DNA of 64,000 bases from Bacteroidales bacterium (GTDB taxonomy: Bacteria; Bacteroidota; Bacteroidia; Bacteroidales; P3): the NCBI GenBank assembly GCA_017551765.1, contig JAFZKV010000019.1, positions 14,353-78,352 of the forward strand, given 5' to 3'. Positions 42,247-53,423 of the stretch are shown here, one piece after another. Position numbers and translations under genes: made by a program. The notes beneath the pieces were generated by a model that saw nothing but the letters and a program-made list of their open reading frames with translations, was not told the DNA's origin and searched no databases. Position 1 is the stretch's first letter. The number at the start of each line of letters is the position of its first letter.

Positions 42247-42382
42247 CGACGGTATTTCAACGGCAGTTCAACGGAAAAAAGCGTTGAAATACCGTTGAAC
42301 TGCTGCTGAACGACCAATGAACGATGGGTGTTTAACTGCTGTTTAACTACGGTTTGTAGTTAAACAGCAGTTAAACAACAGT
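42247..42382. repeat. CAACGG/GTTGAA and GTTTAACTGC word hairpins
   Basis: Includes a perfect 21-bp stem (42330-42350 with 42356-42376, 5-nt loop). Family members at 44340-44505 and 55575-55800. Confidence 0.8.
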
Positions 42383-42438
42383 AGAATGGCAGTTGATGAG
42401 ACGGAGTTGGTGCATTTTATATGTTTTTATCTAAATAT

Positions 42439-42470
42439 TTTGTCTGGTTTAGTTTTTTTGTGTATCTTTG
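42439..42470 (+). promoter_or_regulatory. promoter (TTTG / TAtcTTTG) for ilvE
   Basis: tttg 42439-42442 and tatctttg 42463-42470. Confidence 0.5.
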
Positions 42471-42515
42471 CCTTGTTTGAAGTATATTAATTTATTACAT
42501 AATAAACTAACACAC

Positions 42516-43529
42516 ATGAACATAGATTGGCAAAACCTTCCGTTTGGTTACGTAAAAACGGACTACAATGTACGCTGCTACTTCCGCAACGGTCAGTGGG
42601 GTGAAATCGAGGTCTCTTCCTCCGAGAACATCGAAATCCACATGGCTGCCTCCAGCCTCCACTACGGCCAGGAAGCCTTCGAGGGCCTGAAAGCCTACCG
42701 CTGCAAAGACGGCAAGATCCGCATCTTCCGCCCCGAAGCCAACGCCGAGCGTCTGCAGAGCACCTGCCGCGGCATCATGATGCCCGAGCTGCCCACCGAG
42801 AAATTCGTCGAGATGTGCAAGCGCGTCATCAAGATGAACGAGCGCTTCATCCCGCCTTACGGCACCGGCGCCAGCCTCTACCTGCGTCCCCTGCTCATCG
42901 GCACCGGCATCACCGTGGGTGTGAAGCCCGCCGACGAGTATCTCTTCCTCATCTTTGTCACCCCCGTGGGACCCTACTTCAAGGGCGGCTTCAAGGCCAA
43001 CCCCTACGTCATCACCCGCAAGTACGACCGCTCCGCCCCCCTCGGCACCGGCATCTACAAGGTCGGTGGTAACTACGCCGCTTCCCTGAAGGCCCACACC
43101 GAGGCCTGCCACGGTGGCCAGTATGCCTGCGAGTTCTACCTCGACGCCAAGGAGAAGAAATATGTCGACGAAGCCGGCGCTGCCAACTTCTTCGGCATCA
43201 AGGACGGTGCCTACATCACCCCGAAGAGCACCAGCATCCTGCCCTCTATCACCAACAAGAGCCTCATGCAGTTGGCCGAGGATATGGGCATGAAGGTCGA
43301 GCGTCGTCCCATCGACGTCGAAGAGCTCAGCACCTTCCAGGAGGCCGGCGCCTGCGGCACTGCCGCCGTCATCAGCCCCATCGAGCGCCTCGACGACCCC
43401 GAGACCGGCAAGAGTTACGTCTTTGGCAAGGAGCCCGGCCCCTACAGCACCAAGCTCTACAACGCCCTCCGCGCCATCCAGCTCGGCGAGGCCGAAGACA
43501 AGCACAATTGGAACACCATCATGGATTAA
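42516..43529 (+). CDS. ilvE: branched-chain amino acid aminotransferase (class IV)
   Basis: 337 aa. HYGQEAFEGLKAY and a conserved class IV fold pattern. Confidence 0.9.
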   Translation: MNIDWQNLPFGYVKTDYNVRCYFRNGQWGEIEVSSSENIEIHMAASSLHYGQEAFEGLKAYRCKDGKIRIFRPEANAERLQSTCRGIMMPELPTEKFVEMCKRVIKMNERFIPPYGTGASLYLRPLLIGTGITVGVKPADEYLFLIFVTPVGPYFKGGFKANPYVITRKYDRSAPLGTGIYKVGGNYAASLKAHTEACHGGQYACEFYLDAKEKKYVDEAGAANFFGIKDGAYITPKSTSILPSITNKSLMQLAEDMGMKVERRPIDVEELSTFQEAGACGTAAVISPIERLDDPETGKSYVFGKEPGPYSTKLYNALRAIQLGEAEDKHNWNTIMD

Positions 43530-43548
43530 GTTATCCAAATTAATCAAA

Positions 43549-43583
43549 GAGAGCCGCACATTCGGGCGGCTCTCTATTTTTAC
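43549..43583 (+). terminator. rho-independent terminator after ilvE
   Basis: agagagccgc-loop-gcggctctct followed by a T-run. Confidence 0.85.
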
Positions 43584-43598
43584 AATATATAAGAACAT

Positions 43599-44279
43599 AT
43601 GAAAAATAAAGGATTGTTTCTTGTGGTCATTATTACCATGTTGTGCGCAGGGCTATGCTCTTGTCAGGATGATGATGGTTCAGGTGGTGGCAGGGGAGAT
43701 ATGTCGAATTGGGTGGATTTAGGTCTGCCAAGTGGTCGACTATGGGCTAAGTGTAATGTGGGGGCCTCTTCTCCTGAGGATTATGGGAGTTATTATGCAT
43801 GGGGAGAAACGCAACCCAAAGACTATTATGATTGGGAAACATACGTTCACTTCGCCGAATACTGGGCTTTCACCAAGTACTGCAATGACCCAAGTAATGG
43901 TTATAATGGATTTACAGATAACCTAACAACACTACAATCTGTTGACGATGCTGCCACAGAGGCCCTTGGTGGTAGTGCTCGTACCCCGACAAAAGAAGAA
44001 TGGCAGGAATTGTTGGATAATACCACATGTGAGAAGACAACAATGGAAGGTATCAGTGGCCGGAGGTTTACTGCTGCTAATGGCAATAGTATATTTCTGC
44101 CTGATGCAGGTGCACGTGATCGTTATGATCTCGTTTTTTCAGGAAGTGAAGGATTTTATTGGTCTGCATCGCTCAATATGAATAATGTATTTTGTGCATG
44201 GTTTTTTAATGGTTCAGACGAATATGGTATGGATAATGTTTACCGTTACTATGGTTTTTCTATACGTGCAGTGCGTTAG
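43599..44279 (+). CDS. FISUMP/DUF1566-like lipoprotein
   Basis: Lipobox LCSC. YYAWGE, PTKEEWQEL, FYWSAS and a terminal YGFSIRAV resemble the Fibrobacter major paralogous domain family. AT-richer than neighbours. Confidence 0.6.
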   Translation: MKNKGLFLVVIITMLCAGLCSCQDDDGSGGGRGDMSNWVDLGLPSGRLWAKCNVGASSPEDYGSYYAWGETQPKDYYDWETYVHFAEYWAFTKYCNDPSNGYNGFTDNLTTLQSVDDAATEALGGSARTPTKEEWQELLDNTTCEKTTMEGISGRRFTAANGNSIFLPDAGARDRYDLVFSGSEGFYWSASLNMNNVFCAWFFNGSDEYGMDNVYRYYGFSIRAVR

Positions 44280-44339
44280 AAAACGACATCATTATACAGA
44301 TAAAACCGCCTCCAACCGGGCGGCTTTTTTTGTGAGATG

Positions 44340-44505
44340 ACTTCGTCGTGACTCCGACATTTCTTTTAGTGTTCTTTTGTATTTCTTCAACAGTTCTTCA
44401 ACTTTTTTTTGAAAAACTGTTGAAGAACTGCCGTTGAACGGTCGTTGAAAAGCCGTTCTTTGGTCGTTCTTTGCTTTTTTCCAAAAAACGACCAAAGAAC
44501 GGATG
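44340..44505. repeat. composite hairpin repeat (GTTGAAGAACTG and GACCAAAGAACGG words)
   Basis: 44452-44502 equals 55673-55723 (51 bp, 1 mismatch). Each module is a hairpin with a T-rich loop. Confidence 0.85.
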
Positions 44506-44557
44506 TCCTTGGGTTTAACATCGGGATGACTTCGGGTTAACCTCGGAAAAATACTCG

Positions 44558-44597
44558 AAAAAAAAATACCCCCACGGGAATTGTCCTGTGGGGGTAT
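44558..44597 (-). terminator. rho-independent terminator after gcvH
   Basis: On the minus strand: atacccccac...gtgggggtat followed by a T-run. Confidence 0.8.
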
Positions 44598-44622
44598 TGG
44601 GTTGAAGCTTTCGCGTCAGTGA

Positions 44623-45000
44623 TTAGGCACCGATTTTGGCTTTGTAGGCTTCGGCGTCCATCAGGGCGTCGATGTCGGCCATGTTCTCGGGTTTAATCTT
44701 GATAATCCAGCCGGCGCCGTAAGGATCGGCGTTGATGGCGCTGGCGTCATCAAGAGCGGTGTTGAACTCGACCACCTCGCCTTTGACGGGCATCAGCAGG
44801 TCGGCCACGGTCTTGACGGCCTCGACGCTACCGAAGGCCTCGCCGGCCTCGACGGTGTCGCCCTTGCAGGTGACGTCGACAAAGACGATGTCGCCCAGCT
44901 CATGCTGTGCATAGTCGGTGATACCAACGAAAGCAAATTCGCCTTCTACACGCACCCATTCGTCGTCCTGGGTGTACTTCAGATTTGCAGGAATGTTCAT
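44623..45000 (-). CDS. gcvH: glycine cleavage system protein H
   Basis: 125 aa with the lipoyl-lysine motif SVEAVKTVADL. Confidence 0.93.
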   Translation of the reverse strand: MNIPANLKYTQDDEWVRVEGEFAFVGITDYAQHELGDIVFVDVTCKGDTVEAGEAFGSVEAVKTVADLLMPVKGEVVEFNTALDDASAINADPYGAGWIIKIKPENMADIDALMDAEAYKAKIGA

Positions 45001-45045
45001 ATTCTTATGTTATTATGTGATTAAATTTTGCCTTTTTTGACGATG

Positions 45046-45078
45046 CAAAGATACATCTTTTTTTTGTACTGAGAAAAA
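45046..45078 (-). promoter_or_regulatory. promoter (-7 TAtcTTTG on minus strand) for gcvH
   Basis: Plus-strand caaagata at 45046-45053. It forms a 17-nt inverted repeat with the rho promoter box (ttttgacgatgcaaa / tttgcatcgtcaaaa). Confidence 0.45.
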
Positions 45079-45081
45079 AAA

Positions 45082-45113
45082 GTTTTCCAATTCAAAGAAA
45101 ATTAGTATTTTTG
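45082..45113 (+). promoter_or_regulatory. promoter (-7 TAttTTTG) for rho
   Basis: tatttttg at 45106-45113. About 110-nt leader containing a hairpin (aagacc...gggtctt). Confidence 0.45.
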
Positions 45114-45222
45114 CATCGTCAAAAGTTAAGACCACGGACGGTGAATGTGCGGGTGAGGGTCTTGAAATCCAGAAGTTTATTATTAAAATCCAACCACAAC
45201 AGCTTTATTGCTATAAAACTAT

Positions 45223-47106
<1,884 letters not shown>

Positions 47107-47117
47107 ATGAAAATAAT

Positions 47118-47148
47118 TTTGTATAATCAATTTTAAAGAGTATCTTTG
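47118..47148 (+). promoter_or_regulatory. promoter (TTTG / TAtcTTTG) for serC-serA
   Basis: tttg 47118-47121 and tatctttg 47141-47148. Confidence 0.5.
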
Positions 47149-47218
47149 CAGATAGTTATTGGGTAATGTAAATAAGTGTAATTAATTAAATATAAACCCT
47201 TTAAAACAAACAAAAACA

Positions 47219-48334
47219 ATGAAGACCGCTTATAATTTCAATGCAGGTCCCTGTGTCCTGCCTAAAGAGGCCATCGAGTCCACCATCGCCGCCATCCGCG
47301 ACTTTGACAACACCGGTATCGGCCTGCTCGAAATCTCTCACCGTACTCCCGGTTGGGAGCGCACCATGGAAGAAACCCGCCAGCTTTGGCGCGACCTGCT
47401 GAACATCCCCGCTGAGTACGAAATCCTCTTCCTCGGTGGTGGTGCCAGCACCGGCTTCATGGATGTCCCCGCCAACCTGCTCAACAAGAAGGCTGCCTAC
47501 CTGCAGACCGGTGTGTGGGCCAAGAAGGCTGCCAAAGAGGCTAAGAACTTCGGCGAGACCGTAATCGTGGCCAGCAGCGAGGACAAGACCTACAGCTACA
47601 TCCCGAAGGGTTGGACCGTCCCCGCCGACGCCGACTACTTCCACATCACCACCAACAACACCATCTATGGTACCGAGATCCGCAAGGACTTCGCCGCCAA
47701 CGAAATTAACAACGTGATGCTGGTTGCCGACATGAGCTCTGACATTATGAGCCGTCCCGTCGACGTGAAGAAGTATGGCCTCATCTATGGTGGTGCCCAG
47801 AAGAACGTCGGCCCTGCCGGTGTTACCTTCTACATCGTCCGCAAAGACATCCTCGGCAAGATCACCGACCGTCAGTATATGAACCCGCTGCCCACCATGG
47901 TGGACTTCCGCACCCACGCTGCTGAAGAGGCCAAGAACATCAGCATGTTCAACACGCCTCCCGTGAGCGCCATCTTCGTGATGCACGAGACCCTGAAGTG
48001 GGTTAAGAACACCATCGGCGGTGTTGAGAACATGAATAAGATCAACGTCAAGAAGAGCGCCCTGCTCTATGAGGAGATTGACCGCAACACCATGTTCCGT
48101 GGTACCGTTGAGAAGGAAGACCGTTCCATCATGAACCACTGCTGGATTATGGCCGAGGGTCGCGAGAACCTCGAGGCCGACTTCATGGCCTTCGCCAAGG
48201 AGCGCGGCATGGTCGGCATCAAGGGTCACCGCAGCGTCGGTGGCTTCCGCGCCAGCCTCTACAATGCCTGCCCCATCGAGGCCGTCGAGGCCCTCGTGCA
48301 GTGCATGCAGGACTTTGAAAAAGCTCACAAATAA
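47219..48334 (+). CDS. serC: 3-phosphoserine/phosphohydroxythreonine aminotransferase
   Basis: YNFNAGPCVLP start and GGAQKNVGPAGVT (PLP-lysine region). Confidence 0.92.
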   Translation: MKTAYNFNAGPCVLPKEAIESTIAAIRDFDNTGIGLLEISHRTPGWERTMEETRQLWRDLLNIPAEYEILFLGGGASTGFMDVPANLLNKKAAYLQTGVWAKKAAKEAKNFGETVIVASSEDKTYSYIPKGWTVPADADYFHITTNNTIYGTEIRKDFAANEINNVMLVADMSSDIMSRPVDVKKYGLIYGGAQKNVGPAGVTFYIVRKDILGKITDRQYMNPLPTMVDFRTHAAEEAKNISMFNTPPVSAIFVMHETLKWVKNTIGGVENMNKINVKKSALLYEEIDRNTMFRGTVEKEDRSIMNHCWIMAEGRENLEADFMAFAKERGMVGIKGHRSVGGFRASLYNACPIEAVEALVQCMQDFEKAHK

Positions 48335-48433
48335 GAAGAAATGGAAATAAGAGATTGCAGAGAGGGTTTTGAGAAGAGAATTCGCAAGGAGTCTCTCTGC
48401 AATCTTGTTGACCAAATAAAGATTTATCCAAAG

Positions 48434-49354
48434 ATGAAAGTTTTAGTTGCTACAGAGAAACCCTTTGCCAAAGTGGCCGTTGACGGCATCCGCGAAGTGG
48501 TGGAGAAGAACGGCTACCAGCTGGCTCTTCTGGAGAAATATACCGACGTGAACGACTTGTACAAGGCCGTTGAGGACGCTGACGCCCTTATCGTGCGCAG
48601 CGACAAGGTGACCAAAGAGGTTATCGACCACGCCAAGAACCTGAAGATTGTCGTCCGTGCCGGCGCCGGTTTCGACAACCTCGACCTCGAGGCTTGCACC
48701 GCCCGCAAGATTGTCGCCATGAATACTCCTGGCCAGAACAGCAACGCTGTTGCCGAGCTCGTCATGGGTATGCTCGTCTATGCCGTCCGTAACTTCTACA
48801 ACGGCAAGAGTGGCAGCGAGCTCATGGGCAAGAAGCTGGGTATCCTCGCCTTCGGTAACGTGGGACGCAACGTGGCCCGCATCGCCAAGGGCTTCGGCAT
48901 GGATGTCTACGCTTACGACGCCTTCATGACCGCCGACCAAATCAACGCCACCGGCATGGCCACCGCAGTCGCCAACCAGGAAGCTCTCTTCGAGACCTGC
49001 GACATCGTCAGCTTGCACATCCCCGCTACCGCTGAGACCAAGCAGAGCATCAACTACAACCTCGTTGGCAAGATGCACAAGGGCGGTATCCTCGTGAACA
49101 GTGCCCGTAAGGAGGTCATCGACGAGGCTGGTCTGCTGAAACTGATGGCTGAGCGTACCGACCTGAAGTACATCACCGACATCATGCCTGATGCCGATGC
49201 CGACTTCAAGGCTTTTGAAGGCCGTTACTTCGCCACCCCCAAGAAGATGGGTGCTCAGACCGAAGAGGCCAACATCAACGCCGGTATCGCCGCCGCCAAC
49301 CAGATTGCCGACTTCTTCAAGACCGGTAACAAGAAGTTCCAGGTCAACAAGTAA
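48434..49354 (+). CDS. serA: D-3-phosphoglycerate dehydrogenase (D-2-hydroxyacid dehydrogenase family)
   Basis: 306 aa from ATG 48434. NAD-binding GILAFGNVGRNVA. Adjacent to serC. Confidence 0.85.
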   Translation: MKVLVATEKPFAKVAVDGIREVVEKNGYQLALLEKYTDVNDLYKAVEDADALIVRSDKVTKEVIDHAKNLKIVVRAGAGFDNLDLEACTARKIVAMNTPGQNSNAVAELVMGMLVYAVRNFYNGKSGSELMGKKLGILAFGNVGRNVARIAKGFGMDVYAYDAFMTADQINATGMATAVANQEALFETCDIVSLHIPATAETKQSINYNLVGKMHKGGILVNSARKEVIDEAGLLKLMAERTDLKYITDIMPDADADFKAFEGRYFATPKKMGAQTEEANINAGIAAANQIADFFKTGNKKFQVNK

Positions 49355-49357
49355 ACA

Positions 49358-49437
49358 AAAAAGTAAAATCTAAAAACTAAAAAGGCTGTCTCTATTTTTG
49401 CGGCAGCCTTTTAGTTTTTAGCTTTTAGTTTTTACTT
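49358..49437 (+). terminator. 80-nt long hairpin (TAAAAACTAAAA word family) after serA
   Basis: Arms 49358-49388 and 49404-49437 with an inner GC stem aaggctg/cagcctt and T-rich 3' side. Confidence 0.65.
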
Positions 49438-49438
49438 C

Positions 49439-50296
49439 ATGAGGCTTTGCATCTTCAATCCTGAGCATGACTTGTGCCTTGCGAAAGGTCGGTGTAACTA
49501 TGTGCCGCCACGGTCGGCTGTCGACTTCGCCCGCCGTGATGCCGCCATCATGCAGGTGCTCTATCCAGACGCACATTGCTGCTCGGTGTATGATATTAAT
49601 TCATCACTCATCATTCATCACACATCACTCCACGAAGTGGTCGCCTGGGGCTGGGATGCGGTAGTCAAGCACGAACTCCTCAAGCGTGGCGTTGCGGCCG
49701 AGCTGTTGCCTACGGATGAGGAGGTTAATACCATCCGCGAGTTGCAGCACCGATCCACAGTGTTGCCTTTGCAACCCGACTGCCACGAGGTGCACTCGAT
49801 TGAGGAGATGGAAGGGTTGCTTCGTGAACGGGAGCATTGGGTGATGAAGGCTCCCTGGTCAGGGGCGGGTAGGGGCCTGCGCTGGGTACACGGCGCGCTG
49901 ACCGCCATCGATCGTGATTGGCTGCTGAAGACCGTCGACAAGCAGCGTTGCGTTATTGCTGAGCCTCGTCGCGACGTTGTCGCCGATTTGGCGTTGGAGT
50001 ATATGAACGGCTCTTTTATGGGCTATTCCTATTTCAAGACCGGTAGCGGCGTGTACAAGGAGAACATCGCGTGGACCGACGACCAGATTGAGGCTACGTT
50101 CTCATTGCTGCCTGTCCGTGAGCATGTGGAGCGGTGGTTGGAGAAGAACGTGTGGCCACGCTATCGTGGTCCTTTGGGTGTCGACCTAATGGCCTGCACC
50201 GACGGCAGCATGCATGTTGCCGAAATGAATTTCCGCCACACGATGGGGATGGTGGCGCATGAACAGTTAAGAGTTAAGGGTTATGAATTTTGTTGA
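49439..50296 (+). CDS. hypothetical protein, possible ATP-grasp fold
   Basis: WVMKAPWSGAGRGL and VAEMNFR resemble ATP-grasp nucleotide-binding motifs. Tentative. Confidence 0.5.
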   Translation: MRLCIFNPEHDLCLAKGRCNYVPPRSAVDFARRDAAIMQVLYPDAHCCSVYDINSSLIIHHTSLHEVVAWGWDAVVKHELLKRGVAAELLPTDEEVNTIRELQHRSTVLPLQPDCHEVHSIEEMEGLLREREHWVMKAPWSGAGRGLRWVHGALTAIDRDWLLKTVDKQRCVIAEPRRDVVADLALEYMNGSFMGYSYFKTGSGVYKENIAWTDDQIEATFSLLPVREHVERWLEKNVWPRYRGPLGVDLMACTDGSMHVAEMNFRHTMGMVAHEQLRVKGYEFC

Positions 50297-50849
50297 AGCA
50301 TTTGTATTGGCCTTGGCGCTTTGTGTCGACTCTTTGGTGGTGTCGACAACTACCTCTTTCCGTGAGAAGATGCCCTGGCGTCAGGGAGTGTTGATGGCTG
50401 TGGTCTTTGGCCTTTGCCAGGGAGGTTTCCCTTTGATGGGTGCCTTGATTGGCGACGTGGCCCGCTCCTTCATTGAGTCTGTCGACCATTGGGTAGCCTT
50501 TGCCCTGCTGGCCTTCGTCGGTGGCAAGATGATAGTGGAATCAATAGGGAAAAAGGAAGATGCCGATGTATCAACGTATCAACGTATCAATCTGTCGACG
50601 TTCTTCCTTCTTGGTGTGGCCACCAGCATTGATGCTTTCGCTGTAGGTATTGGGTTAGGATTGGACAATCCAATTAGTACTGTTTTAGGGGTGGTCGCTA
50701 TTATTGCCGCAGTTACTATTGTGGTATCTATGGTGGGCGTCTACCTCGGCAAACGAAACATCCCCGTCCCCGAACGCACCGCCAACATCATTGCCGGCAT
50801 AGTGCTCATCGGCTTGGGCGTGAAGATACTTCTGGAACATCTGTTATAA
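50283..50849 (+). CDS. mntP: manganese efflux pump MntP
   Basis: 188 aa, 6 TM. LALCVDSL and ATSIDAFAVG motifs of the MntP family. Confidence 0.88.
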   Translation: MNFVEAFVLALALCVDSLVVSTTTSFREKMPWRQGVLMAVVFGLCQGGFPLMGALIGDVARSFIESVDHWVAFALLAFVGGKMIVESIGKKEDADVSTYQRINLSTFFLLGVATSIDAFAVGIGLGLDNPISTVLGVVAIIAAVTIVVSMVGVYLGKRNIPVPERTANIIAGIVLIGLGVKILLEHLL

Positions 50850-50887
50850 AAAGAAAGCCGCACCCAACAGAGTGCGGCTTTCTTTTT
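50848..50887. terminator. bidirectional terminator between mntP and exbD
   Basis: aaagaaagccgcac-loop-gtgcggctttcttt with flanking A and T runs. Confidence 0.85.
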
Positions 50888-50911
50888 GTAGAGTGATGCG
50901 CTGGAGGAGGG

Positions 50912-51385
50912 TTATTTCCTCTTGGCGCCTTTGCTGGCGTTGTAGAAAATCTTGAGGGCACCGGCTTTACGGAGCTCCTGCTTGATGTCGCTTATCATAC
51001 CCATGCGCACCTGCTTGTCGGCTTTGATGGCCGTGGTGATGTAGGGGCGGTCGGCTTCGATGCGCTGGTTGCGCTCGAGTTCGACAAAGGTAACGATGTC
51101 GCTGACTTCAGAAATCATGTCGTTGAGCTGTATACGGGGCTCGGTGCCGTATTTCTTCTGCTGATCGGGCAGTGGGACACCGACGTTGATGTAGCTAACG
51201 AGGCTTTTCTTTTCCAGCTTGACCACTTCGGAACCCTGGGGAGGGATAATCTTCACGTAGAGCGAGCTCTCGCGCATGGTGGTAATCACCATGAAGAAGA
51301 ACAGCAACATGAAGATAATATCGCTCATGGAGCCCATGTTGAGGGCGGGCGTCTCTTTTGCTTTTTTACCTGTGAAACGTGCCAT
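50912..51385 (-). CDS. exbD: biopolymer transporter ExbD
   Basis: 157 aa. N-terminal TM helix (DIIFMLLFFFMVITT) plus a periplasmic domain. Confidence 0.85.
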   Translation of the reverse strand: MARFTGKKAKETPALNMGSMSDIIFMLLFFFMVITTMRESSLYVKIIPPQGSEVVKLEKKSLVSYINVGVPLPDQQKKYGTEPRIQLNDMISEVSDIVTFVELERNQRIEADRPYITTAIKADKQVRMGMISDIKQELRKAGALKIFYNASKGAKRK

Positions 51386-51388
51386 AGC

Positions 51389-51958
51389 TTATTTTCCTCC
51401 TATCTTTGTGGGTTCGGCCTCCGAGATAGCCACGGGGATGGCAGTGTCGACGGCTTTGCGTTGTTCTTCGTTCAGATCGGTATATCTCTTACCGAAGCGG
51501 GTGGTGGATAGTTCGTCACGCATCTCATTGATGGCGGCGGTCAACTCGTTCTGCACCTGCAGGTACATGTCGTAGGATGTACCGCGGTCGTTGCGCAGGG
51601 AGATAACACCCTTCGACACATCGTAGGTGCCGAGCAGCGGTATCTCGGTGGGGATTTTTTCGGGCAGGTTGGGACGGTTCTCAGGGTTGCCGAGGAATTC
51701 CTTGGCACGGTCCTTCAAATCATCTATGCGGCCGTACTCGCGGTTGAAAAGCAACCGGTCGTCCTTGTTGACCATCACGACAAAGATGTTGCGCTCACGA
51801 ACCTCTGGCGGCTCGACGTCTTCCGGCAGGGGAGGCGGAAGGCGGCGGGCAATGCCCATGTCCGAGTTGATGTTGGAGACCATCAGGAAGAAGGCCAGCA
51901 ACAGGAACGAGATGTCGGACATCGAGCTTGTGTTCAGTCCGGGAGTTTTTCTTGCCAT
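51389..51958 (-). CDS. exbD: biopolymer transporter ExbD (second paralog)
   Basis: 189 aa. SMSDISFLLLAFFLMV TM helix with ExbD/TolR layout. Confidence 0.85.
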   Translation of the reverse strand: MARKTPGLNTSSMSDISFLLLAFFLMVSNINSDMGIARRLPPPLPEDVEPPEVRERNIFVVMVNKDDRLLFNREYGRIDDLKDRAKEFLGNPENRPNLPEKIPTEIPLLGTYDVSKGVISLRNDRGTSYDMYLQVQNELTAAINEMRDELSTTRFGKRYTDLNEEQRKAVDTAIPVAISEAEPTKIGGK

Positions 51959-51963
51959 AGTTA

Positions 51964-52437
51964 TTATTTCTTTTTAATAAGTTTGGCAACCTCGGTGTAG
52001 ATAATGGCCACAGCGCTGCCGATGACAAGGATGTAGACCATCCAGCAGGCGGCGCCGATGAGCTTCGAGGTGCCCAGCGAAATATTGTTCTTCTCTCTCA
52101 GAGCCAGGGTGACGTCGTCGCCTTTCGACAGCAGGTAGCTGACAATCAGCACAACGATGACAATGCCCACCAGCATGAGGAACTTCTTCAGGTAGCCCGG
52201 GTCCTCTTTGAAGCGGTTGGCAAGTTTGACGACGAGGAAGAAGATGATGGCGGCGATGGAGACGACCACAAAGCAGACTAGGATCCAATAGGTTGCATCG
52301 AACAGCCCGTTGGCCTTCACTGCCGAGAGCTCCTTCACGCCACCGTTGTTCACGGCAAAGAGGATGGTCAGCAGGGTGCAGACCACGGCGATGCCAAGAC
52401 CCAACAGGGTGATGAGTTTATCGGTTTTCTCTTTCAT
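51964..52437 (-). CDS. hypothetical 4-TM membrane protein in the exbB-exbD cluster
   Basis: Four hydrophobic helices. Tightly packed between exbB and exbD. Confidence 0.6.
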   Translation of the reverse strand: MKEKTDKLITLLGLGIAVVCTLLTILFAVNNGGVKELSAVKANGLFDATYWILVCFVVVSIAAIIFFLVVKLANRFKEDPGYLKKFLMLVGIVIVVLIVSYLLSKGDDVTLALREKNNISLGTSKLIGAACWMVYILVIGSAVAIIYTEVAKLIKKK

Positions 52438-52501
52438 GATTGTTTTCTCTTTAATAATTATTGTTTAACGTTCAACGTTTCCCGTTCAAAAGAGAAAGCA
52501 A

Positions 52502-53323
52502 TTATTTGTGGTATTTCACGAGGATGTCCATGAGGGAGATTGAACCGTCTTCCATCTGGTCAACCAGGCTCTCAATCTTGGTGAGGATGTAGTTGTAGAA
52601 AATCTGCAGGATGATAGCGGTGATAAGACCGAAGATGGTCGTCAACAGAGCCACTTTCATACCGCCAGCCACAACGGTCGGGCTGATGTCACCGGCAGTC
52701 TCGATGTCGTCGAAGGCCTGGACCATACCGACCACAGTGCCGAGGAATCCGAACGAGGGGGCCAGGGCGATGAACAGGCCAATCCAAGTCAGGTTGTTCT
52801 CCAGGCGGGCCATCTGCACACCACCGTAGCTGGTGACGGCTTTCTCAACGTTCTCCAGACCCTGGTCGACGCGGTCGAGACCCTGGTAGAAGATGCTGGC
52901 CACGGGGCCACGGGTGTTGCGGCAGAGTTCCTTGGCGCCTTCATAGTTGCCACCCTTCACGTTGTCTTCGATGCCCTCGAGGAGCTTCTTGACGTTGGTG
53001 GAAGCCATGTTCAGGTAGAGGATGCGCTCGATGATGAGGGCCATGCCGAAAATCAAGCAGAGGAGCACGGGGGTCATCCAACCGGCACCGCCCTGGATGT
53101 ACTTCTCTTTCAGCATCTGGTGGAACGACTTGGTGTCGTCGGCAGCAGCGGCAACGGTCTCGGCCTCTTCGGTGGCAACAACGGCCTCCTCGGCAACGGC
53201 CTCGTCGGTGGCCTCAATCTGTTCAGTGCCTTCAGCGTTGGGGGCATCCTGTGCCTTCACGTCGTTGAAATTGGCAAATGTCAACAGTCCTACTATTGAC
53301 ATCAAAGCAAATACTTTTTTCAT
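52502..53323 (-). CDS. exbB: MotA/TolQ/ExbB proton channel family protein
   Basis: 273 aa with a signal peptide. C-terminal IALAPSFGFLGTVVGMV...ALLTTIFGL is characteristic of ExbB. Confidence 0.88.
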   Translation of the reverse strand: MKKVFALMSIVGLLTFANFNDVKAQDAPNAEGTEQIEATDEAVAEEAVVATEEAETVAAAADDTKSFHQMLKEKYIQGGAGWMTPVLLCLIFGMALIIERILYLNMASTNVKKLLEGIEDNVKGGNYEGAKELCRNTRGPVASIFYQGLDRVDQGLENVEKAVTSYGGVQMARLENNLTWIGLFIALAPSFGFLGTVVGMVQAFDDIETAGDISPTVVAGGMKVALLTTIFGLITAIILQIFYNYILTKIESLVDQMEDGSISLMDILVKYHK

Positions 53324-53423
53324 GGTGTTGTTAGTGTGTTGATTATTAATTTATTGTTTATTGTTTGCCTATTTTGATTTGTACTGCAAATATACACTTT
53401 TTTTCTTATTCCAACAAAAAATA

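Noticed and set aside
45001-45222. I looked for a glycine riboswitch upstream of gcvH, and also upstream of the AGCS symporter at 63370-63488.
   Set aside because: The leaders between the -7 boxes and the ATGs are only a few tens of nucleotides. That is too short for the tandem glycine aptamer, and I saw no conserved aptamer core.
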